Shown here piece by piece: positions 40,144 to 50,113 of a stretch of 64,000 nt of DNA. A model generated the notes under the pieces. It was not told the DNA's origin, made no database searches, and saw nothing but the letters and a program-made list of their open reading frames with translations. Position 1 is the stretch's first letter; each line of letters starts with the position of its first letter. The position numbers were made by a program, and so were the translations under genes. This DNA is from Alphaproteobacteria bacterium. GTDB lineage: Bacteria; Pseudomonadota; Alphaproteobacteria; MPNO01. Where the stretch lies: the NCBI GenBank assembly GCA_965248835.1, contig CBDFLJ010000002.1, forward strand, positions 1,952,001-2,016,000. Reading direction: 5' to 3'.

Positions 40144-41106
40144 ATGCCCGATACGGCGCAGATTGACCAGGTCGGCTCTCTCGAAGACCTCTATACTGTC
40201 CTCGGCACGATGGAGATGACGCCGGGGTGGATCGACCGCGAAACGCCGATCCTGTGGCGTGAGCCGGAAAGCGTCTTCAAGCCGTCGCACTGGCGCTATG
40301 CCGATTGCCGGGCCGCGCTGGATGCAGCCGGCCGGCTGATCAACACCGAGCTTGCCGAGCGCCGCAACCTGGTGATGCGCAGCCCCTTGGAGGGCAACGA
40401 GATCGCCACCACGCGCAGCCTGGTGGCGGCCTACCAGATGATCCTGCCGGGCGAGACGGCGCGCTCCCACCGCCACGCGCCGCATGCGCTGCGGGTGATC
40501 ATCGAGGCCGAGGGCGCCTATTCGACCGTCAACGGCGTCAAGACGCCGATGGACACCGGCGATGTGGTGCTCACCCCGGGTTGGCAATGGCACGGTCACG
40601 GCCACGACGGCGACGTGCCGGCCTACTGGTTCGACGGTCTGGACGTCCCGCTGGTGCACCTGCTGGAGCCGATGTTCGTCGAGGACCATCCCGACGGCTT
40701 CGAGCATGTCGAGGTGGTCACCGAGGACTCGCCGCTTCGCTTTTCCTGGGACGCGATCTGCCGCGCACTCGACGGCGCGAAGCCCGACCCGGACCAGGTC
40801 CACGGCACGGCGGTCAATCTCGCGGCGCCCGACATGCCGACGATGGGGCTCTACGTCCATCGCTTCGAGTCGGGCAGCCGATCGCGGCGCGAACGCTCGA
40901 CCACCAACGCCGTCTTCTGCGTCATGGCGGGCAGCGGGACGACCACGGTCGGCGGCGAGCCGATCGAATGGTCGCGCGGCGACAGCTTCTCGGCGCCGAT
41001 GTGGCATTGGATCGAGCACTTCGCCCACGAGGACTCGGTGGTCTTCCGGATGACCGACGAGCCGCTGATGCGGTTCGCCAAATACTACCGCCAGGAGATC
41101 GAGTAG
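40144..41106 (+). CDS. Gentisate-1,2-dioxygenase-like bicupin ring-cleavage dioxygenase
   Basis: AERRNL, QMILPGE..RSHRH, LTPGWQWHGH, DGLDVPLV. Confidence 0.87.
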   Translation: MPDTAQIDQVGSLEDLYTVLGTMEMTPGWIDRETPILWREPESVFKPSHWRYADCRAALDAAGRLINTELAERRNLVMRSPLEGNEIATTRSLVAAYQMILPGETARSHRHAPHALRVIIEAEGAYSTVNGVKTPMDTGDVVLTPGWQWHGHGHDGDVPAYWFDGLDVPLVHLLEPMFVEDHPDGFEHVEVVTEDSPLRFSWDAICRALDGAKPDPDQVHGTAVNLAAPDMPTMGLYVHRFESGSRSRRERSTTNAVFCVMAGSGTTTVGGEPIEWSRGDSFSAPMWHWIEHFAHEDSVVFRMTDEPLMRFAKYYRQEIE

Positions 41107-41123
41107 CGCATCGGCGGGACCGC

Positions 41124-42428
41124 TCAGGCGGGCGTTCCGCGCCGGTCGACAAAGCGGTTCTGCTTGATCTGGCCGACGAATTCCCGCTCCAGGGTGCCCG
41201 GTTCGATGATCGTCACCTCGGGGGTGAGCTCGAAGGTGCGCTTGATCGCCGCCGACAGCGCCTCGCCGGCGGATACGGGTTCGTGGCCTTGGGCGAGCTC
41301 GACCGAGACGACCAGCGAATCCAGCGTTTCGGTCTCCACCGCCTCGACCTTGAAATCGCTGACGCCGTCCTGCCGATAGAGGAAATCCTCGATATCGGCC
41401 TGATTGATATTGATCCCGCGGACCTTGAAGAAGCCCGCCGTGCGCGCGGCATGGCGGATCATCGGAAATACCGAGAACCGGCCTTCGGTCCGACCGCGCT
41501 CGACATAACGGACGTAATCGCCGGAGTCCCAGCGCAGGAACGGGGTGATCGTGTTGTTCCAAAGCGGCGTGAAGACCAGCAGGCCCATCTCGCCCTCGGC
41601 CACCGGCTCATGGGTGGTCTCGTCGACAACCTCGATCTCGTACATGTCGGTCCAGATATGCATCCCGTCATGGCATTCGGACTCGCTTGCCATGGCGGTG
41701 CCTTCGGTGCAGCCGAACTGATCGAACAGCCGCACGCCCCAGATCCGCTCGAGCCGCTCGCGCTTGCCGAGCGAGACCGGCTCGGCCGCGGTCAGCAGCT
41801 TGGTGACCGTGCTGGAGGCGAGGTCGATCCCCGCCCTCTCGGCGTTCTGGCCGAGCTGCAGCAGGTAGCTCGCCATGCCGGCCACCGCGGTGGGGCGCAG
41901 CGTATCGATCAGCTCGAGCTGCAGTGCCGAGGGGGTGTTGCTGCCCGCACCGCAGGTGACCACGCCGATGCCGAGCGCGTTCGCCGCCCGGGCGTAGAGC
42001 ATCCCCACCGGATGGATCCCCAGCGGGAAGGAGACGTGCATCAGGTCGCCCGGGCCAAGCCCCGCGGCAAGCAGAAGCCGCCGGAACCCTTCCAGCCCGT
42101 AGTGCATGTCCTCGACCGAGCGCGGATAGAACAGCGGCCGGCCGGTCGCGCCGCCCGAGCGCCAGAACTCGATCGCCGCCGACCGGGGACCGATGCAGAA
42201 ATCCTCGTGGAAGCGCGCGGGCTCCAGCGCCCTGAGCTGGTCCTTGGTCATCACCGGGATCTTGAGCCATTCCTCGGCCCGGTCGAGACGGTCGAGATCG
42301 ATGTGATCGAGCCGTCCCCGGAAGAACGCCGATTGCCGCGCACGCGCGACCGCAAGGCGTTTGCGTTCGCGGTTCCGGCCGGCGATCTCGGCGCGCGATG
42401 TCGGAAACGGCAGGTCGGGAAACGCCAT
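41124..42428 (-). CDS. Phenylacetate--CoA ligase (PaaK-like) family
   Basis: SGGATGRP, AAEP, DQFGCTE, PFLRWDSGD, KVRGIN. Confidence 0.85.
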   Translation of the reverse strand: MAFPDLPFPTSRAEIAGRNRERKRLAVARARQSAFFRGRLDHIDLDRLDRAEEWLKIPVMTKDQLRALEPARFHEDFCIGPRSAAIEFWRSGGATGRPLFYPRSVEDMHYGLEGFRRLLLAAGLGPGDLMHVSFPLGIHPVGMLYARAANALGIGVVTCGAGSNTPSALQLELIDTLRPTAVAGMASYLLQLGQNAERAGIDLASSTVTKLLTAAEPVSLGKRERLERIWGVRLFDQFGCTEGTAMASESECHDGMHIWTDMYEIEVVDETTHEPVAEGEMGLLVFTPLWNNTITPFLRWDSGDYVRYVERGRTEGRFSVFPMIRHAARTAGFFKVRGININQADIEDFLYRQDGVSDFKVEAVETETLDSLVVSVELAQGHEPVSAGEALSAAIKRTFELTPEVTIIEPGTLEREFVGQIKQNRFVDRRGTPA

Positions 42429-44080
42429 CACGCCGAGTCCAGCGCCCGCGCCTGCTCGCGCAGGATGAATTTCTGGATCTTGCCGGTCGAGGTCTTGGGC
42501 AGCGCGCCGAAGACGACCGTCTTGGGCGCCTTGAAGTGGGCCATGTTGTCGCGGCAGAAGGCGATGATGCCGGCCTCGTCGGCCTGCGCGCCCTCGCGCA
42601 AGGTCACGAACGCGCACGGCGCCTCGCCCCATTTCTCATCCGGCCGGGCGGCGACCGCAGCCTCGAGCACCGCCGGGTGGCGGTAGAGCACGCTTTCGAT
42701 CTCGATGCTGGAGATGTTCTCCCCGCCGGAAATGATGATGTCCTTGGACCGGTCCTTGAGCTCGACATAACCGTCGGCGTGCCAGACCCCAAGGTCGCCG
42801 GAGTGAAACCATCCGCCGGCAAACGCCTCGCGGGTCGCCGCTTGGTTCTTCAGATAACCCTTCATGACGATGTTGCCGCGGTGAAAGACCTCGCCCATGG
42901 TCTCGCCGTCGCGCGGCACGGGTTCGAGCGTTTGCGGGTCGGCGACCATGATCGCCTCCTGCACCGGATAGGTGACGCCCTGGCGCGACTTGAGCGCCGC
43001 GCGGTCCGCCGTCGGCCTGGCGTCCCAGTCGGCGTGCCAGGCGCACACCACATCGGGGCCATAGGTCTCGGTCAGCCCGTAGACATGGGTGACGTGGAAA
43101 CCGGCCGCCTCCATGGCCTCGATCACTGCGGGCGGCGGCGGCGCGCCCGCGGTCATCACCTCGACCGTCCGGCCGAGCGGGCGCCGCTCGGCCTCGGTGG
43201 CGTTGGCGAGCATGTTGAGCACGATCGGAGCGCCGCAGAAATGGGTCACGTCGTGGCTTGCGATCGCTTCATAGATCGCGCCCGGCTCGACCCGGCGCAG
43301 GCACACATGGGTGCCGGCAAGCGCGGTGACCGTCCACGGAAAGCACCAGCCGTTGCAATGGAACATCGGCAGCGTCCACAGATAGACCGGGTGCGGCGGG
43401 ATCGCCTGCGCGAGCTGGTTTCCCAACGCGTTCAGATAGGCGCCGCGGTGGTGGTAGACCACCCCTTTGGGGTTGCCGGTCGTCCCCGAAGTGTAGTTCA
43501 GCGAGATCGCGTCCCACTCGTCTTCCGGCGGCTGCCAGTCGAAGCTGCGGTCGCCGCCTTCCAGCAAGTTCTCGTACGCGACATCGCCGATGCACGCCCC
43601 GCCGTCGGCCAGCGGATCGTCGATATCGACGACGAACGGCCGCGCCTTCGCCTGCTCCAGCGCCGCCGCGACGACCGGCGAGAATTCGCTGTCGGTGATC
43701 AGGACCCTGGCCTCGCCGTGATCGAGGATGAAGGCGATCGTCTCGGCATCGAGCCGGATGTTGATCGCATTGAGCACCGCGCCGGTCATCGGCACGCCGA
43801 AATGGGCTTCGAAGATCGCCGGCACGTTGGGCGCGAAGACCGCCACGGTGTCGCCCTTGCCGATCCCGCGGCGGACCAGGGCGCTCGCCAGGGCGCGACA
43901 GCGCGCCTCGGTCTCGCGCCAGGTCCTGCGGATCGTGCCGTGGACGACCGCAGGCCGGTCGGGAAAGACCGAAGCGGTGCGCGCCAGGAAGCTGAGCGGG
44001 GTCAGGACGGCGTAGTTGGCCGGGTTCCGATCCAGCCCGACCGCGTAGGGGTCGGTCCGTCCGTCATCGGATCCAGCCAT
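42428..44080 (-). CDS. Acyl-CoA synthetase (3-methylmercaptopropionyl-CoA ligase/AAE-like)
   Basis: LNYTSGTTGNPKG, PMFHCNGW, YGLTE, WFHSGD, PKTSTGKIQK. Confidence 0.93.
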   Translation of the reverse strand: MAGSDDGRTDPYAVGLDRNPANYAVLTPLSFLARTASVFPDRPAVVHGTIRRTWRETEARCRALASALVRRGIGKGDTVAVFAPNVPAIFEAHFGVPMTGAVLNAINIRLDAETIAFILDHGEARVLITDSEFSPVVAAALEQAKARPFVVDIDDPLADGGACIGDVAYENLLEGGDRSFDWQPPEDEWDAISLNYTSGTTGNPKGVVYHHRGAYLNALGNQLAQAIPPHPVYLWTLPMFHCNGWCFPWTVTALAGTHVCLRRVEPGAIYEAIASHDVTHFCGAPIVLNMLANATEAERRPLGRTVEVMTAGAPPPPAVIEAMEAAGFHVTHVYGLTETYGPDVVCAWHADWDARPTADRAALKSRQGVTYPVQEAIMVADPQTLEPVPRDGETMGEVFHRGNIVMKGYLKNQAATREAFAGGWFHSGDLGVWHADGYVELKDRSKDIIISGGENISSIEIESVLYRHPAVLEAAVAARPDEKWGEAPCAFVTLREGAQADEAGIIAFCRDNMAHFKAPKTVVFGALPKTSTGKIQKFILREQARALDSA

Positions 44081-44193
44081 CGCCCGTCTCCCTGATTGCC
44101 CCTGTCGCTGCCGAGAATAAGGCGGCGCGGATCGGACGCAAGGAAATGATGGCCGGGCCGCTTCGCCGCACAAGCCGGTGGCGGGAAGATGTG

Positions 44194-45072
44194 CTACCGC
44201 CCGTCGAAGGCGAAGCGGAACCCGTCGGCGGTGCGCCGGATGCGGCCGGCGGACGGCGTGGGAAAATGCGCCGGCATCACCAGCGCGTCGGTCTCGGCGT
44301 GGCGTTCGAGGAACGCCCTTCGGGTGCCGTGAGACTGCGCCGGATCGACGCAGAAACAGCTGCTGAGCTGCGGTTCGGCGCATTGCAGCGGATGATGCAT
44401 CAGATCGCCGCTCATCACCGCCTCGCGCCCGCCGCCGCAGATGCGCACGCAGACGTGGCCCGGCGTGTGGCCGCGCGAGGGCTCCAGGCGCACCCAGGGG
44501 TCGATCTCATGGTCGCCCGCGACGAAATCGACCAGCCCGGCGGCGATCACCGGCAGGATGCAGTCCTCATAATAGGGATCGTCGGTAAACCGGTCGGTCT
44601 CGTACTCGGCCTCCCAGAACGCCCATTCCTGCCGGTCGAACAGATAGCGTGCATTGGGGAAGGTCGGCACCCAGCGCCCGTCGACCAGCCGTGTGTTCCA
44701 GCCGACGTGATCGACATGGAGGTGGGTGCACAGCACATGACCGACCGCCTCGGGCGAGATCCCGGCCGCTCCGAGGTTCGCAAGATAGGGCCAGCTCTTT
44801 TGATGATAGCGCAGCTTGCCCGGCCGCTGGCGGTCATTGCCGCTGCAGGTATCGACCAGGATGACGCTGCGCGGCGTGGTGATGACGAAGCTGTGGAAGG
44901 CGACCACCAGCAGGCCGGTCGCCGGATCCAGCAGGTCCGGCTCCAGCCAGTCGCGATGACGGGCAATGATCGCGTCATCAGCCTCGGGCAGCAGCGCCGC
45001 CGGCGCGATCAGCGGCTGCTCGAATTCGAGCACGCGCGCGATCCGCACCTCCCCCAGTTGCCAGGTGCTCAT
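44194..45072 (-). CDS. MBL-fold metallo-hydrolase (lactonase-like)
   Basis: THLHVDHVGWN, GHTPGH, GDLMHHP, AHF. Confidence 0.88.
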   Translation of the reverse strand: MSTWQLGEVRIARVLEFEQPLIAPAALLPEADDAIIARHRDWLEPDLLDPATGLLVVAFHSFVITTPRSVILVDTCSGNDRQRPGKLRYHQKSWPYLANLGAAGISPEAVGHVLCTHLHVDHVGWNTRLVDGRWVPTFPNARYLFDRQEWAFWEAEYETDRFTDDPYYEDCILPVIAAGLVDFVAGDHEIDPWVRLEPSRGHTPGHVCVRICGGGREAVMSGDLMHHPLQCAEPQLSSCFCVDPAQSHGTRRAFLERHAETDALVMPAHFPTPSAGRIRRTADGFRFAFDGR

Positions 45073-45161
45073 CGGCGCTCTCCCGGAATGGTCGTATCCG
45101 GGATTAATCCATTGTTGAGCCCGGTCGGGCAAGGCGCCATGACCGAAGAGACCGTCGCGGT

Positions 45162-45668
45162 TCAGAGAACGCGGTGCATCACCAGGGCATCGACCGGTCC
45201 CTCGCGCGGGTGCTCGAACGCTGCGGGCAGGACCCCGACGGTCTCGAACCCGAACTGCGTCCACAGCCGAACCGCACGCCGGTTGGTCGCGACGACGAAG
45301 TTGAACTGCATCGCGCGGAAGCCGCGCGCCTTGGCGTGCGCGAGCGAGTGGGCGCACATCGCCCGCGCAATACCCCGGCCGGTGGCGGATTGCGCGCTCA
45401 CATAGCCGCAATTCGCGACATGGCCGCCGCCGCCCAGATGGTTGGCCCGCAGGTAATAGGTCCCCACGACCGCGCCGCCCTCGGCGGCGGCGAAGACCTC
45501 GTGGGCGGCATCCATCCAATATGCCAGGGCCTGCGTGCGCGACCAGTCGCGCGGCAGCGCGTAGGTCTCGCCCGCCCGCAGCACCGGCTTCAGGATTTGC
45601 CAGATCGCTTCGTGGTCGCCGGGCACGGCGCTGCGTATGATGATGTCGTGGCTCTGTTCGGAAAACAT
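45162..45668 (-). CDS. GNAT acetyltransferase
   Basis: GETYA, GGGGHVANCGY, GRGIAR, MQFNFVVATN. Confidence 0.9.
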   Translation of the reverse strand: MFSEQSHDIIIRSAVPGDHEAIWQILKPVLRAGETYALPRDWSRTQALAYWMDAAHEVFAAAEGGAVVGTYYLRANHLGGGGHVANCGYVSAQSATGRGIARAMCAHSLAHAKARGFRAMQFNFVVATNRRAVRLWTQFGFETVGVLPAAFEHPREGPVDALVMHRVL

Positions 45669-45721
45669 GGTCGACGGTTCACAATGGCCGAGCGCCGGAC
45701 GGCTGTGAAGCTGGAGGCTGA

Positions 45722-46948
45722 ATGCTGGACTTGATGCCCCGATTTCTCAACGGCCTGCTCGAGATCCCGGTCCACCATGTGCGCGGGGGAACCTCGACCG
45801 GGATCGTGCTGGACGAGCGCTGCCTGCCGGACCCGATCGGGCTGCGGGAGGAGGTGATCCGCGCCATCATGGGCGTGCCGCCGGCGGGCGAGGCGCCGGG
45901 CAACCGCCAGCTCACCGGGTTGGGGCGCGGGGTGAGCACCAGCAACAAGGTCTTCATCATCGGCCCGCCGAGCAGGCCCGATGCCGATATCGACAGCACG
46001 CTCGCCCAGCTCGCCTCCGACAAGAGCGCGATCGACTGGAGCGTGAACTGCGGCAACATGTCCGCCGCACTGCCCTTCGTCGCCTTCGAGGCGGGGCTGC
46101 TGGCGCCCGAGCCGGGCCCGACCCGGGTCCGTATCCACAACCGCAACACCGGCGTGATCACCCGGGCGCGGCTGAGCATGCCCGCATCGGGCGATGCGCC
46201 CCGATCCGATACCGCGATACCGGGTGTGCTGGGCGCATGGCCGGGCGTCTGGCTGTCGCTCGATTCGCCGGCCGGGGCGAAGACCGGCAAGCTGTTCCCG
46301 ACCGGGGCGCGGAGCGAGACCATCGGCGGCGTCAAGGTCTCCTGCGTCGACTTCGCGATGCCGATGGTGATTGCCCGCGCATCGGATTTCGGCTGCACCG
46401 CCGAAGAGCCGCCCGAACGGCTGGAGGCCGACGGTGCGCTCATCTCCGACATGCGCCGCCTGTGGGTCGCGGCCGGACTGAAGATGGGGCTTGCGCGCGA
46501 TGGCCGGCCGATGACCGCCGAAGAGCTCGCGGTCAGCGAGACCGTACCCAAGCTCTGCCTGATCGCCCCGCCCGACGAACGGGAGACCGCGCAGGGGGTC
46601 AATATCCGTGCGCGCTACTTCACGCCGCAGACCTGTCACCGCTCGATGGCGGTTACCGGAGGATCGTGCCTCGCCGCCGCCGCCCTTATCGGCGGCACGC
46701 TCGCCTGCGAGGTCGCGGCCGGGCTGGCGAGGCTCGGCGCGGAGCCCACCGAGCACGCCGTGGGGATCGGAAACCCCGCCGGCATCCTGGAGGCGAGGAT
46801 CACCGGATGCGAGCGCACCGGCTCGGTCGATATCACGGCTGCGTCCTATATGCGCAGTGCCCAGATCCTGCTGCGCGGCCACACACCGCTGTACAATGCC
46901 TCGCCGGAACTCCTGGCCCACTACCGCGGCTGCCTCCGGGCCGCCTGA
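45722..46948 (+). CDS. PrpF/FldA/LigU-family isomerase
   Basis: RGGTSTG, GLGRGVSTSNKV, NCGNMSAA, GAKTGKLFPTG, HRSMAVTG. Confidence 0.88.
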   Translation: MLDLMPRFLNGLLEIPVHHVRGGTSTGIVLDERCLPDPIGLREEVIRAIMGVPPAGEAPGNRQLTGLGRGVSTSNKVFIIGPPSRPDADIDSTLAQLASDKSAIDWSVNCGNMSAALPFVAFEAGLLAPEPGPTRVRIHNRNTGVITRARLSMPASGDAPRSDTAIPGVLGAWPGVWLSLDSPAGAKTGKLFPTGARSETIGGVKVSCVDFAMPMVIARASDFGCTAEEPPERLEADGALISDMRRLWVAAGLKMGLARDGRPMTAEELAVSETVPKLCLIAPPDERETAQGVNIRARYFTPQTCHRSMAVTGGSCLAAAALIGGTLACEVAAGLARLGAEPTEHAVGIGNPAGILEARITGCERTGSVDITAASYMRSAQILLRGHTPLYNASPELLAHYRGCLRAA

Positions 46949-47112
46949 GCCGGTCCGGACGGTGAGCGATGGGGAGGCCGGGCGATGCCATCGCCGGGAC
47001 CGGGCGCGAACGTCGGACGGCACGGTCGGGCGGCGGACGCGGCACTGGCAAATCAAGTCGCGGGTTGCTATATAGCGCCAACGCGGGCCGCGCCTGGGCG
47101 CGGCGCCTCCGA

Positions 47113-47188
47113 TCCCCGGTAGCTCAGTTGGTAGAGCGGGTGGCTGTTAACCACCATGTCGCTGGTTCGAGTCCGGCCCGGGGAGCCA
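47113..47188 (+). tRNA. tRNA-Asn (GTT)
   Basis: TCCCCGG/CCGGGGA acceptor, AGCTCAGTTGGTAGAGC D-arm, CTGTTAA anticodon loop, GGTTCGAGTCC, CCA. Confidence 0.96.
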
Positions 47189-47226
47189 TTTTTTCGAGCG
47201 TGAACTACTGCGCCTCGAAAGTTAAC

Positions 47227-47262
47227 ACGAGGCCCCGAGGGGAAACCCCATCGGGGTCTCGT
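47227..47262. terminator. Strong GC hairpin with GAAA loop between tRNA-Asn and convergent vapC (possible terminator)
   Basis: ACGAGGCCCCGA pairs with TCGGGGTCTCGT, capped by GGG-GAAA-CCC; no clear U-tract. Confidence 0.45.
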
Positions 47263-47344
47263 CGTATCTGGTGTGTTTTCAAGGGGTTCCGCCCCCTCCT
47301 AAACCACGTCTGGGGACACAACCCGTGCGACGCGTCGGCCCGGC

Positions 47345-47737
47345 TCACAGCAGCGACACACCCTCAAGCTGTGCTGCCTTCTTATCGAAGGTGTACAGAG
47401 GATGGGCTCCGGATCGTTCTGCCGCTGCCAGGACCATCAGGTCGGAAAATCCCGCGCCAGCCGCCCGGTATCGGAACGCGGCACGGGCGACATCGTCGGC
47501 CTCCTCAATTACGAGACCCTCGGTCGCCACCAGTTCTTCCAATATCGTCGCAATCCGGTCACGGGAAAAGCCGTAGGCCCGTTCCAGCACCCAGACGAAC
47601 TCAACGGTAACCTCGCGGCAGACATAGCCGGGACGTTCGGTCGTGAGCGACTCCAGCAGCGCCCGGGCGGCCTCCGCTTGCTGCACATCGTCGCACACCA
47701 GATAGCGGACGAGAACGTTGGTATCGAGTGCGATCAT
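47345..47737 (-). CDS. vapC: VapC PIN-domain toxin
   Basis: MIALDTNVLVRYL, E..WVL, FSD, TFD acidic PIN residues. Confidence 0.92.
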   Translation of the reverse strand: MIALDTNVLVRYLVCDDVQQAEAARALLESLTTERPGYVCREVTVEFVWVLERAYGFSRDRIATILEELVATEGLVIEEADDVARAAFRYRAAGAGFSDLMVLAAAERSGAHPLYTFDKKAAQLEGVSLL

Positions 47738-47967
47738 CCCTCAGCCGCCCCGTCGGCCACGGCCTGCTCCATCTCCTCCACGGTGACTGCGGGGCCGTCA
47801 CGCCGCAGCGTGCCGAACAACCGACTGATGGGGCGCACGGGCAGAATGCGTACCTCGCCGTCTGCTATGACATAGCGCACCCGGTCCCCAGCCTGCACGC
47901 CGAGCGTGTCCCGCACAGGCTTGGGAAGCGTTGTCTGTCCCTTCTTGGTAATCGAAGATTCGATCAT
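47734..47967 (-). CDS. vapB: AbrB/MazE-type antitoxin
   Basis: SITKKGQTTLPKPVRDTLGVQAGD; ATGA overlap with vapC. Confidence 0.9.
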   Translation of the reverse strand: MIESSITKKGQTTLPKPVRDTLGVQAGDRVRYVIADGEVRILPVRPISRLFGTLRRDGPAVTVEEMEQAVADGAAEG

Positions 47968-48007
47968 GGCTGCACCCCCCAAATCGACTTGTAAAATACG
48001 ATAAATC

Positions 48008-48030
48008 CTTACTGAAAGCGATAAAGTAAG
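48008..48030. promoter_or_regulatory. Candidate vapBC operator CTTACT-N11-AGTAAG in AT-rich promoter
   Basis: Inverted repeat upstream of the antitoxin. Confidence 0.5.
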
Positions 48031-48520
48031 CAATATGATTCGTGTGTCTTGAGGCACATTGCCCCGCCAGACCCCTTCCCAGCGGCTTGATCCGACGTCG
48101 CCGGCGACGCGGCTCCTCGATTTTTCGCTTTGCGTTGTTTAACAGCCTGGTTCGCCTTGGCCCCGCATTTCGACATTTCCTAACCGGCTCCGATATGTAT
48201 CCAGCGGAAGTCGGACCACATGGGTCCGGCTGATCACCAGTTCGCCCAGGGCTACCGCCTGCAGAAGGACTGCCCTCCACGACACTGGAGGCCTGGGCAG
48301 CAACGCGTCTCGAGCCCGCGGCTTTCTTGGCCGGTTCCATCTTGCGCCAGAGCCATATCGATCCGGCGAAAGCAGGTTCGGCGAACCCGACGTCCCGAGT
48401 GCAATGTGGTTCGTCGGCCTCCCAGGACTCCATGTTGGCGGCTGCGTAGAGCGCAATTTCCCGCCTGCTTGATTCCCTCGACCCCTGGTTGGTCCTGGCG
48501 AACGAAGAGTGTCCTTACCG

Positions 48521-48552
48521 TCAGACCTGTTTACAGGCTATATTTGGTCTGA
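48521..48552. promoter_or_regulatory. Candidate phd/parE operator TCAGACC-N18-GGTCTGA (with inner CCTGT-TT-ACAGG)
   Basis: Nested inverted repeats immediately before the AAGGAGG RBS. Confidence 0.55.
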
Positions 48553-48565
48553 AAGGAGGCGGCTC

Positions 48566-48841
48566 ATGAAACTGTCCGACCAAATCAGGCCGATCAGTTA
48601 TCTCAAGGCCCACGCCGCCGAGATCGTGCGCACTCTCGGCGACCAGGGGGAACCCTTGATTATCACCCAGAACGGCGAGGCCAAGGTGGTCATCCAGGAT
48701 ATCGCCAGCTACGAACGGATGCAGGAAACCATTGCCCTGCTGAAGGTGCTCGCGCTGGGTGACCGCCAGGTCGAAGCGGGTCGGGTGCAACCCGCCGCCG
48801 ATGTCATCGCGCGGCTGCGGGAGCGGCAACGGGCTCGCTGA
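48566..48841 (+). CDS. Phd/YefM-family antitoxin
   Basis: IRPISYLKAHAAEI, PLIITQNGEAKVV. Confidence 0.92.
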   Translation: MKLSDQIRPISYLKAHAAEIVRTLGDQGEPLIITQNGEAKVVIQDIASYERMQETIALLKVLALGDRQVEAGRVQPAADVIARLRERQRAR

Positions 48842-49167
48842 TGCCCTTCCTGGTCCAGTTGACCGATGACGCGGCGCGCGGCCTGGAGGAGATTTGCGAC
48901 TACATCGACCGACACGACTCGGCCGCGAGTGCTGACCATGTGTTGGATCGGATCGAGAAGACGTTCGCCAACCTTTCGGAACATCCCCGGCGCGGCAGCT
49001 ACCCCAAGGAACTGCTGGACATTGGGCTTCGGGAGTACCGGGAGGTTTTCCTCAAGCCCTGCCGAATCATCTACCGAGTGGTCGAGGACAACGTCTACGT
49101 GATGGTGATCGCCGACGGGCGCCGCGACATGCGGGCGTTGCTGGAGCGGCGCCTGCTGCAGGCATGA
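48841..49167 (+). CDS. RelE/ParE-family toxin
   Basis: TDDA..LEEICDYI, P.RGSYPKEL, YRE, RIIYRV, ADGRRDM. Confidence 0.9.
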   Translation: MPFLVQLTDDAARGLEEICDYIDRHDSAASADHVLDRIEKTFANLSEHPRRGSYPKELLDIGLREYREVFLKPCRIIYRVVEDNVYVMVIADGRRDMRALLERRLLQA

Positions 49168-49906
49168 GAGTCAGACCCGAAGAGAGTTGTTGTTTTTCAT
49201 TGCTTACCAATCTCCTGGTGAGGTGTTGGACGCCGGCGATGAAGAGCCGGGCCTGGGCAGCGGCGATGGTTGCCTCGAAGTCCTTTGCCGGCCGGCGGTT
49301 GCGGCTGCGCCAAGCCAGGGTGCGCTCGACCACCCAGCGGCGCGGCATCACCTGGAAGCCTTGCGTGGCGGCCCGCTTGACGATCTCCAGGGTCCAGCGG
49401 CCAACCCGCCTCAGCACCGCCTCGAGCTTGGGTCCGGCATAGCCGCCGTCGGCGAAGACGTGGCGCAGCCACGGGAAAGCGTGACGGATGGAAGCGAGCA
49501 CCGCAGGCGCCCCGTCGCGGTCCTGGATGTCGGCGGCATGGACCCGCGCGGTGACCAGCAGACCGCCGGTGTCGGTGAGGATATGACGCTTGCGGCCCTT
49601 GACCAACTTACCTGCGTCAAAACCCCGCGGTCCGCCGCTTTCCGTGGTCTTGACCGACCGGCTGTCGATGATCCCGGCACCCGGGCTGGCCCCGCGTCCC
49701 TCCGCCTCGCGCGCGGCCATCAGCAACCCATGGTTGACACCTTCCCAAACGCCATCGTCCCGCCACGCATAGAAGGAGCGTTGCACCCTCGCGCGCGTAT
49801 TTCGGGCGCGTGATTTCATTCCACATGTCGTGCCGCGATGTTTGTTGATCCACAACCATCCAAACACAACGCACTGAAATCACTCAATTTATTTCGGGCC
49901 GGACAC
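49168..49906 (-). mobile_element. IS5-family (IS1031-group-like) element with internally deleted transposase
   Basis: Imperfect terminal IRs (GAGTCAGACCCGAA / GTGTCCGGCCCGAA), TGA/TAA flanks; IIDSRSVKT, GFDAGKLVKGRKRH, ADGGYAG, RWVVERT. Confidence 0.88.
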
Positions 49907-50090
49907 TAACATCGAACATGGAATAGAGAAACATATCAAACGTTATCAATGTGGCTTTTTTTCAGAAAGGACTCGGACTGGGCTAATGAGGACGAATATA
50001 GATGGGTGATCCATCGACGCGCCAAGGGTCACATTTCTGTCCCGTTTGGTGACGCTCTCACATCAATAATTTTGGGAGCGGAGGGCCGCA
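49907..50090 (+). pseudogene. Low-GC fragment resembling a DUF2971-type C-terminus
   Basis: FFRKDSDWANEDEYRWV...ALTSIILG (KxxxWxxExEYR) with no intact 5' end; abuts the IS end. Confidence 0.5.
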
Positions 50091-50113
50091 TATTCTGTCG
50101 CTGCAGATGGCAC

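Noticed and set aside
48058-48500. Coding or ncRNA feature between the first two TA loci
   Set aside because: Short ORFs have no recognisable motifs and no convincing structure; probably decayed sequence.
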